From Vezdaea acicularis (Eukaryota), in the NCBI GenBank assembly GCA_026025075.1, contig JAPEUI010000024.1:171921-191920 (forward strand): 20,000 bases of DNA. The letters run 5' to 3'. Below are positions 1 to 8,639 of the stretch, piece after piece. The notes beneath the pieces were generated by a model. It was not told the origin of the DNA. It saw only the letters and a program-made list of their open reading frames with translations, and made no database searches. The translations under genes and the position numbers were made by a program. Within the stretch, counting starts at the first letter, position 1. Each line of letters opens with the position of its first letter.

Positions 1-281
1 CATCGTTTGCTCAGTTCGAAGCTCCTCGTAGCAGTAAGGCATATCTCACTATTCCAAATACAGCTTAGCGCCAACCTTTTTGAACCAGGGTCAAGTCGCG
101 AAAACCCCCATCGAACCAAATTTAACGCCACAACGCCAATAACAGCGGCGGATAAATCTTTATCCGTGGAACAGCATACGCGTTACCTAATTCAGCATTG
201 TGTTGATCTCGTCGCTAGAGTGACGACCCGTAGGAGATGGATATCCAGAACCGTCACGTCCGGAAGGCACTTGATATTGTA

Positions 282-2106
282 ATGGCAGCTAACAGAAAGA
301 TCAAGACGTATGGGTGGAAGCAAGGAAAAAAATTCGGAGAATTCCTCGGGAACGATAACAATGCTACTCCCTCAATCAGATCCGAGATTGAGCTCGATGT
401 GGTCGTTCGCAAAGATGGTCCACTGCCAGCGATTACTGCACCTAAGCCAATCTACACCAGGGAACGTGGAGAAATGAATGGTTTCGATATGGTCGCACGC
501 CGGAATGCCCTGCTACCGCCACTTCCAATAGGTGATACGGATGAAACTGAAGAAGATGGCGATATCGACAATCTCACAGAAGATCTAGCGGCTAAAATCC
601 ATCTGGGAGGCTTTTCGAAGGCTATAAGTACACCGAAGAAGAAAACTCTAGGTCCCTTGCAAGAGAGAAGCCTTAACTCCGGAGTCAACCCAAGGCTTAG
701 TACAGCTATCCCGCAGAGCTGCTCAACAAAAAACAATGACTCTCCACAACCCAGTATATTGGAAGAATACTTGGGTGAACTCTTACGGCTTGCTGGCTCT
801 GCTTCAGTCATACAGTTCGAAGAGTTCTCAAACTATTTTTCTACCAGAAGCGGAGAACTACGGAAGATTGCTGATGGCTCGTATGGTGATGTCTTTGGAT
901 TATTCGAAGCAGCCGAGACGACAGAAACGTCAGGATACTTTGAAGATCCTCAAGCACCAACGGCAGTCTTTAAACTTCTCCCTCTGGCGCCGTGCAACTA
1001 TGGTCAGAATCCTTCTAAGAGAAAAGCGAAGAAAGCAGCAAAGCTTAGCTATAATACGACTCCAGTACTGAACATGGTCGCAGAGCTGTCCATATTAAAA
1101 GTAATGGCAAACATCCCAGGCTTTGTCGGATATCGAAAATCTATTATGCTACATGGACCCCCTACCGGAATAGTTATGGATGCACTCAAGGAATTTGAAA
1201 AGTCGAGGAAATCGCCAGAACCCCGAAAGCGTGCGACCAAATACGATCCTCAGCAGCTCTGGGCCTTTATCGAAATGGATTACGCAGGAACCGAGTTAGA
1301 AGAATATCCTATCAACAATCCCTTGGAAGCGCGTGACGTGTTCTGGGGTGTTTGTGGGCCATTGGCCAAAGCAGAGGAGCGTGCTCACTTCGAGGTACTT
1401 TGGCCTTATCTTAGATCTTAGATACTCCACTTGCTTTGGTTGCTGACTATGAGCTATAGCATCGCGACCTGCATGTCAGCAATATCTGCGTTCAGAAAAC
1501 CTCACCTGCCAATGCAGTAAACTCCGCTCCGCTCAATAAAGGTCGGCTGAAGCTTCATTGTCCAATCGGTCTATCAGGGCTAGAAATCACCCTCATTGAT
1601 TACACGCTGTCGAGGTGTACCATTGCGAGAACTCGTAGAACAACCGAGCGAGTATTCTACAACGATCTCGATCAAGACCTCGCATTATTCCAAAATGAGG
1701 ATCCAGAAACACCGGGAAACCGCCATCTTGCCGTATATTCAAAGTGAGTTATTCGAGGCAAAATTCACATTATGGCACTAAAATCTGATATAGAATGCGC
1801 GATTCTATCTTCTTCGAGGGCGAAGAACGCACTATCCAATCGAAGCCTGCTCCGCCTGGAAGGTCTTGGAGAAATTACCATCCTCACACAAACGTGTTGT
1901 GGCTCCGCTACCTAATAGAGGTCCTATTTGAGAAACTGCAATGGGACAGAACTCAAAGGAAATATGAGGATTTCTGTCCACAGCAGATGATTCTTACCCA
2001 TAAAGCATACTACTGGCTCGAGCGGATTCACGAGTTTACCTTTGACGAGAAGTGTAGAAGCGCCGGAGACATACTCAGAATGTCGCTCAGGATGCATTGG
2101 GTGTGA
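282..2106 (+). CDS. HASPIN: Haspin-family protein kinase (histone H3 Thr3 kinase, Alk1/Hrk1-like), about 569 aa; exons 282-1394, 1460-1743, 1794-2106
   Basis: The spliced translation has a Gly-loop KIADGSYGDVF, beta3 Lys in AVFKLLPL, and catalytic loop FE|HRDLHVSN joined across intron 1395-1459 (GTACTT..GCTGAC..TAG). It also has the haspin-specific DYTLSR in place of DFG and the C-lobe motif WRNYHPHTNVLWLRYL after intron 1744-1793 (GTGAGT..TAG). The start at 282 (MAANRKIKTYG) is preferred over the in-frame ATG at 237, but this is not certain. Confidence 0.92.
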
Positions 2107-2464
2107 ACGAAAGGCATCAGCATGGAGTTGGGGACCCGCTCTAGGATATGCAAATGGCAGCAAACAGCATTTTTGAGGTGGCAGAGACTAGTGAGCCGTC
2201 TATTAAGCTGCAAAACATACTTGCACCGCATGCAATTGCGATCATGTTACGCGGTCGCGGCTTCTCTCATTAAATTGGGTGAAGTTGGCGGCCTCCCTTC
2301 TAGGGTGGTTGATTGGCGCAGCTTTGCTTTTTGGCGTGGCTTTAGCGGCCCGCAAGCTGCGGCATAATCCTTGTAAACTTCAGTACCCGCGCATGTTACA
2401 TGACAGATGGAAATGCAGCAAACCTTCATCATCTCAACTATAGTTCTGAATGTGATCGAGTGAA

Positions 2465-3945
2465 ATGGAGCGCCTACTGAGCTTCTTCAGGCCAAGTGAG
2501 CCGCAACAGTTCTACGAGCCTCTGGAAGGAGGCTCTATTAATGAGGATGGGGAAGTGATCAAGGAGGATGCGAAGCCCCCATTCTCGTGGCTTGAATACG
2601 GTATATTCTTCCTACTTGGCATATCTATGCTCTGGGCATGGTGAGTTTAAGTGCTATAGGAAAGGCGTATGATTATAGATATCCTGCTTATCGAAAATAC
2701 CTGTATAGGAACATGTTTATGGCGGCTGGCCCATACTTTCAACGACGCTTTAGACATAATGATTGGATCCTAGCACACTTCCAATCATCCATACTCTCTG
2801 TGTCAACTAGCGCCAATCTTGCAGCGGTCTTGATCTTTGCGAAGCTTAACGCCAAAGCCTCTTATCCAAAGCGGATAATCTGCTCTTTCGTTTTCAACAT
2901 CGTCACCTTTACATTACTAGCACTCTCAGCCGTCTCCTTTGAGGGTATCTCTAGCGGTGGATATTTTGGCTTCGTCCTACTCATGGTTCTTTCCACGAGC
3001 TTTGCAACAGGCATAAACCAGAATGGAGTGTTTTCATTCGTTTCCAACTTTGAAAGGGGGGAGTACATGCAAGCTATCATGACCGGGCAAGCCATCGCCG
3101 GAGTGTTACCGTGCATTGCTCGTAAGGCTCTCTGAAACGAAGAACTAAAGGAGCTCGACTCTAAAATTTGAACAGAAATAGTGACCGTTCTCTCAATCGG
3201 GCCAGAGAATGACACAGAACACAAGACTCCTGGAGAAGGGGAGTCCTCGAAGTCAGCCTTTTCGTACTTCTTGACAGCTACAGTTATTGCCGCTGTCGCT
3301 CTGCTCGCATTCTTCTATCTACTCCGCCAGCATTACCGGCGAAATGTAGCTAAAAGAGTCACGACTGGGACCGGAAGCGCTCAGGATGCTGCTGATTCCC
3401 ATAAGAAAGCAGTAGGACTATGGACACTACTTAAGAAGCTGCGCTGGCTTGCCGCTTCAGTTTTCCTATGCTTCGGAATTACGATGTTCTTTCCTGTCTT
3501 CACCCAAGAGATATTGAGCGTCCAGCCCGACGCTGATAAAGCAGCTCTATTCCAACCTGCAGCTTTCATACCATTAGCTCTCTTGTTTTGGAATGCTGGT
3601 GACCTTATCGGCCGACTTCTCACTATCGTACCCCAACTGGTGATGATTACTCGACCCAAGTTCCTCTTCGCCGTCTCTGTTGCGCGAATTCTGTTCATTC
3701 CCTTATATCTGCTGTGTAACAGAGGCGGTAGAGGAGCTACAGTCAATAGCGACTTTTTCTATCTAATTATCGTGCAACTAGGATTTGGCGTCACAAACGG
3801 ATGGCTTGGGAGTAATTGCATGATGGGCTCCTCCCTTTACGTGGACGACGATGAGCGAGAGGCTGCAGGTGGGTTCATGGGTCTCGCACTGTGTTCCGGC
3901 CTGGCTGCCGGAAGTCTTTTGAGCTTTTTAGCTGCATCTTCATGA
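2465..3945 (+). CDS. FUN26: Equilibrative nucleoside transporter (ENT/SLC29, Fun26-like), about 452 aa; exons 2465-2640, 2709-3121, 3176-3945
   Basis: ENT motifs present: TM1 YGIFFLLGISMLWAW|NMFMAAGPYF, GQAIAGVL, FGITMFFPVFT, WNAGDLIGR and FGVTNGWLGSNCM, with many hydrophobic segments. Introns 2641-2708 (GTGAGT..TAG) and 3122-3175 (GTAAGG..CAG) keep the frame. Confidence 0.92.
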
Positions 3946-4350
3946 GGATGAATCACACAGGCAAGGCCATATGAGGGGCGTTCGGAGTGGGCTTATAAAC
4001 GAAATCTCGTCCAGGGAACTAGAAGAGCAGGATGTCTGCCATATCGCATTTCCGAAGGTCTGGGGAATTTAGTAGACTTTCTGATTGCAGGGCTCACTGG
4101 CATGCGTGGATTTGATAGTGACTATCGCTACTGAAGAGAATTATTTTTCTGGCTGCAGAGTAAGGGTAACTACAGTTAAAGCAATTGCAGACTCGTGGTT
4201 TGAAGCAATTCCATCCACGGTACCCATCATTTATCCCGACATGCTGAGAGCCGATCGACGTGGCTCTGGGAAAATTTAATCTCTGCACGAACGCCTCAAT
4301 GCAAGAGAAGAGGCCTGCCTCCTGAAGAACTCAGATGAAACGAGCGGCGC

Positions 4351-5260
4351 TCACTTCTGCATCATTAGCTGTACAAACTCGTTGTCTGTGGGTGTCATTA
4401 GCAAATTAGCAGCCCGAGTCGAGTTATCATCTTCTCACAATCGATTCTCCCGTCACCATCCTGATCGGCTTCCCGAATCATCTCCGCAACTTCGTCGTCG
4501 GTTAGCTTCTCGCCGATAGAAGTCATGACGTGGCGCAATTCAGCCGCAGAGATAAACCCGTTATTGTCGCGATCGAACACCTTGAAGGCTTCACGAATCT
4601 CCTCTTCGGAATCAGTATCCTTCATCTTACGCGCCATCATCGTCAAGAATTCTGGAAAGTCAATAGTCCCATTGTTATCGGCATCGACCTCGTTGATCAT
4701 GTCTTGGAGCTCCGACTCGCTAGGATTTTGGCCAAGGGAGCGCATTACGGTACCTAGCTCCTTCGTTGTGATTTGACCTACGTAGCGGAGGCTGTCAGTT
4801 GGGACCCTTGTATTCTAGCGCAAATCTAGCCAAGATATGTTCGTGGTATTCTTAGAAGATGACTGGCATCAGAAGCAATTTCGCAGTGATGGTCTTGATT
4901 GCTGATACTCCAAGGACGAGTGCCTAAGATTGGAAGAGAAGAGTCCGCTAGAGCCACTTGATGCGAAGAGAAGCAAATATAAATACTGACCGTCGCCATC
5001 TTTGTCCTGAGCGAAGAAAGATATCAGCGGTTCTGCGTGAAGGCGTGGGGATCCGCAAAGGCTAGGTTTGTTCGAGGGTCGAATCACTTACGAAGAGGGA
5101 GAAAGCCTCTTTGAACTCGGACACTTGCTCCTCAGTCAGGGTATCCTACAAAAATACAAATAGCAAATAGGTTAGCTGTGCTGTCTTGTGTCTACTACAA
5201 GGTTTCGCAGGCGACAAGAGGTATGAAGTGGGGGAGGTTTGCGGGGTTCCAGCTAACCAT
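4351..5260 (-). CDS. CMD1: Calmodulin, 148 aa; exons (minus strand) 5258-5260, 5092-5145, 4991-5006, 4439-4777, 4351-4385
   Basis: Spliced product [68 protein letters not shown]...[20 protein letters not shown] with four intact EF-hand loops. The ATG-only first exon and the 16-nt microexon are typical of ascomycete calmodulin genes. Confidence 0.98.
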
Positions 5261-5675
5261 AGTAGACTCAATCGTGCCGGTAAAGTTGAGACTCAGGTTA
5301 GATCAACAGTACGATTTCTCTACAGGAGACGAGATGGTGTGGAGATAATAGGGAGAAAAGTGTAGGGTTGATTGTGTGCTGTGTGCGAATGGGAAGGGAG
5401 CTGAGAAAGCTTGATGAGGCAGACTAGGTGGGCAGCTCGTCTGCGCTGACAACATCCCCGTCTTCCCCATTCGGCTTATTTAGTTAGCTATTAAAAATGC
5501 TCGCTAATTACCTGATGTGGCAATCGGTAATTAATTCGCGGCCCGACGGTCGTCTTCCGAGCTTTGTACAAATGTAGCTCGAATCAACAGCTTGCAAATG
5601 GTTTCCAGGTAGCACTCCAGTCGCAACAGTAGGAGTACAGTGCGTGAATCTCGGGACCGCTCCGGGTTTCAAGGC
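5261..5675. promoter_or_regulatory. Short divergent (probably bidirectional) promoter region between calmodulin and TLG2
   Basis: The start codons lie head-to-head 415 bp apart, and there is a pyrimidine-rich stretch on the minus strand upstream of the calmodulin ATG. No specific site was assigned. Confidence 0.55.
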
Positions 5676-7040
5676 ATGTGGCGCGATCGTACGAATCTGT
5701 AAATGCGCCGTTGACCCTATGTCCCAGCATGTCACTAACTTCTCGATAGCTACATCTCCTACCGTCAGTCTTATGCGCATCATCCAGCCAAAAGAGCTCG
5801 TATCGGAGGAAACAGTTCAAATGGCTTCGCAGCTAGCGGGTCGTTGTCGGAGGAGCGACAAGGGCTTATGTCTGCGGGTGCCTTTGAAGACGACGGAGAT
5901 GCAGTCATCGAGATGGACCTCCTGCCACCCCGATGGGTAGACGTCAGTGAAGAGGTTACCGAGCTCCTTACACAAATTACAAGAAAGTCCGCCAAGCTTG
6001 ACAAACTACATTCAAAACATGTTCTCCCTGGATTTGACGATGAGGACGTGCGTAGGGAAGAGGAGGGAGAGATTGAAAGGCTTACACAGGAGATCACAAG
6101 GGGCTTCCACGCCTGTCAGAAAGCTATCCAGAAAATAGAGAAGATGGTTCGCGAGTCCAGACAACAAGGAGGCGTAAGCAAAGGTGAAGAGATGATGGCT
6201 AGAAACATTCAAATATCCTTAGCTGGGCGAGTACAGGAAGCGAGTGCTAGCTTTCGGAAGAAGCAAAGCACCTATCTAAAAAGTAAGGGAAGAGGCTTCA
6301 TCTATAAGGTAGACATAGCTAACTTGTATCAAAGAATTACGTGGGCTGGGAGGAATGACGCCGCCACTGGATCGGGCCGGAACTCCCCTTCAGAACCCCT
6401 ACTCAGACCCGTCAATGATGGAATCTGACGCAGACAAATCATACTCTCAGTCAACAATACAGCAGACCTCACAAAAGCAGCTTACAAGCAACGATGCGGC
6501 AATCATGCAACGAGAACGAGAGATTATGGATATTGCGAAAGGTATCATAGAATTAGCAGATATCTTTAAAGATTTACAAGCAATGGTAATCGATCAGGGC
6601 ACCATGTTAGATCGCATTGACTACAATGTGGAAAGGATGGCAGTAGATGTGAAGGGCGCAGAAAAGGAGCTCGTGGTGGTGAGTACTGCAGCTCCCTAGT
6701 CGACTTTTCAGCTGTAGCTAACTTTTCTAAGGCATCGGGATACCAGAGACGTACGACAAAGCGGAAGATCATGCTGTTACTTCTCTTACTCGTGGTTGGA
6801 ATGTTCATTCTCCTCCTCGTTAAGCCTAAACGTCACACATCTCCTGCACCATTACCTGCGCTTGTGGGAGGTTCAGAGGTGTCGACAGAAGCAAGTGGAG
6901 ACGTGACGGGCTCATCTGGTGACTGGGATGCTGGAGAAGGCGCCCCTGGAATATTCGGAGATGGTTCAGCTACGTCAAATAGACGTGGGTGGCATAGGAA
7001 GAGACGGAGGAGAATAGGGGTCTTCAAACGTCCTGAATGA
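5676..7040 (+). CDS. TLG2: Tlg2 / syntaxin-16 Qa-SNARE (TGN/endosome), about 402 aa; exons 5676-5698, 5750-6282, 6335-6678, 6732-7040
   Basis: N-peptide MWRDRTNL|YISYRQSY (Vps45-binding type), Habc region LPPRWVD..HVLPGFDD, SNARE motif REREIMDIAKGIIELADIFKDLQAMVIDQGTMLDRIDYNVE and TM IMLLLLLLVVGMFILLLV. Three frame-preserving introns: 5699-5749, 6283-6334 and 6679-6731. Confidence 0.96.
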
Positions 7041-7387
7041 AGCGACGGCAAATTACAATTCTTAGAGCGACCCGGACAGATCGTTGGAGCGTCCGGAACA
7101 ATAATTGATAATTTCATGGACATATTGTGAGCAAAGTTCCTCCTGCCTTTAACTTGAACTCTAGAGTCCCGACAAACGGTGAAGGATGAAGCGTGCACGG
7201 ATGAGTTCTTTTTCCTCCTGACGGGCGGAGATCCCCGCTTAACAAGCTCGTACCATTTCCACGGCATCCCATTTTATGTTAAAGCAATGCCCCTGTAATT
7301 GCACCCAAGACCCAACTCTCATGTGCAACTTCATGTTAAGGCGTCCAGGCGCGTCAAAGAGATTTTCGTGTCAACACCTCTCACGCG

Positions 7388-8083
7388 ATGGCCCTTCATC
7401 GTTATCTACCACGACCATTGGTCGTCTTAATATATGCTATGCTCACAGTGTTCACCTCTAGGGCTATAGCTCATCGTAACTTAATTCCAGGTCCTCAAGC
7501 GGCTGTATTGGAGAATAAGAGAACCTTGGATGATGCTCCAGATAAGATCCTCAATACCCGAGTAATCGCCAACCTAGATCCCCGGGGAAGGGTGATCTGT
7601 AACGATCAAGTACCTAATTGGATCTTTACATTCCCAGAATCAAGAAGCAGGCAATACAAAAATGCACAGCAACTTTGTGCCTCTGCTGTTTGGGGTGGCC
7701 TAGCAGATGCTAACCTAGGTGCTACTTGCCAATACAATCTTCCAGAGCCAAAGGTCGTGTTTGATTGGAGGGCTGGGAACGCACTACTTCAGATGGACTA
7801 TCACCTTCAATTATTCTGTTCTGAGAATTGTCGATGCGTAGATGGACGCAAACCCAACAGACCGAAGATTCCCTCAATCCTCACGGATCATCTAATCCGC
7901 ATAGGCCACTCCATTGGTCGTTTTTGTCGACCACCTTCACATTACGGAGACAAGACTTGCTTCTCAAGTACAGATGTGAGCTCTGCATTCGACGATACCC
8001 CATTTGAATATCAATCTTGCCTAGCACAGGGGCGATGTTCAGTTTTCAATTGCGGGCATAGCAGGCGTTCCAGGTGTAATTGA
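7388..8083 (+). CDS. Secreted cysteine-rich protein of unknown function (effector-like), 231 aa, apparently C-terminally truncated
   Basis: Intronless 696-nt ORF with a hydrophobic signal-peptide-like N-terminus (RPLVVLIYAMLTVFTSRAIA), a Kex2-type ENKR site, and 12 Cys including LCASAVWGG..NLGATC and FCSENCRC. No recognisable enzyme domain. Confidence 0.7.
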   Translation: MALHRYLPRPLVVLIYAMLTVFTSRAIAHRNLIPGPQAAVLENKRTLDDAPDKILNTRVIANLDPRGRVICNDQVPNWIFTFPESRSRQYKNAQQLCASAVWGGLADANLGATCQYNLPEPKVVFDWRAGNALLQMDYHLQLFCSENCRCVDGRKPNRPKIPSILTDHLIRIGHSIGRFCRPPSHYGDKTCFSSTDVSSAFDDTPFEYQSCLAQGRCSVFNCGHSRRSRCN

Positions 8084-8302
8084 GTTGCGCGCCTCGCAGC
8101 CACTGGCAGTCGGTATATATAGTTCTATGGCCTTTGGACGGAAAGAACGACGTCCAGGCTAAGCGGAAGTGACGTCTCTGTCGAGTATTTACCTTGTCCT
8201 GGCAACGGGATGTACGTAAGTTAAGCATGCTACAGGTCAGAACAGGAGATAGTATGGGAAAGCCCGGATACCAAAGTCGGGGAACTACTGCCTAGTAACT
8301 AG
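8084..8302 (+). pseudogene. Decayed in-frame C-terminal segment of the 7388 gene (stops at 8081, 8120 and 8222; terminal TAG at 8300-8302)
   Basis: The same reading frame as 7388-8083 reads C-N-*-VARLAATGSRYI*FYGLWTERTTSRLSGSDVSVEYLPCPGNGMYVS*ACYRSEQEIVWESPDTKVGELLPSN*. This resembles a CPCNxxYVSxACC...VWE...KxGEL C-terminal motif I recall from uncharacterised fungal secreted proteins (recollection, not verified). Confidence 0.55.
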
Positions 8303-8585
8303 TAGAGTATGTTCTGACAGAAGAGAGACCTCATCTGGTATAAGAGATGGGAATCACGAATTGTATTATCCACTTGATTTTAATTTGCTCCCTTACTGCA
8401 ATCTCCTACTTCTTTAACGTCCTCAAATAGACTTTGTAAGCCTTCACTCACATTCGCAAAGCCCTAGCATACCCCTCGACCGTCTCATACTTCTTAGTCA
8501 ATGAAAATGGAACTGGTATAAACTAGTGAACGGTCTGGACATTTCAAGGTACCGGGACAAGCGAAGAGTAGACTAGATACGTCTA

Positions 8586-8639
8586 CAGTGGGGGGCCGTA
8601 AGTGTTGTACGAGTACAACACTTACGACACCCCCCACTG
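8586..8639. mobile_element. 54-bp Tc1/mariner-derived miniature inverted-repeat element (impala/mimp-like TIRs) with a TA target-site duplication
   Basis: Sequence TA-CAGTGGGGGGCCGTAAGTGTTGTAC-GA-GTACAACACTTACGACACCCCCCACTG-TA. The left arm (8586-8610) and right arm (8613-8639) are reverse complements apart from C versus TGT. TA sits at 8584-8585 and 8640-8641, and the CAGT ends are typical of Tc1/mariner elements. Confidence 0.85.

Noticed and set aside
4778..4990. Longest intron in the window (213 nt, calmodulin intron 3) as a possible snoRNA host or twintron
   Set aside because: No box C (RTGATGA) paired with a box D, no evident H/ACA hairpins and no nested donor/acceptor set. Calmodulin introns vary widely in length.
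8081..8224. Recoding of the three in-frame stops (selenocysteine, A-to-I editing or programmed readthrough) to give a full-length secreted protein
   Set aside because: The stops are of three different types, Dikarya lack the selenocysteine machinery, and A-to-I editing would give Trp rather than Cys. Nearby missense changes at putative Cys positions point to ordinary decay.
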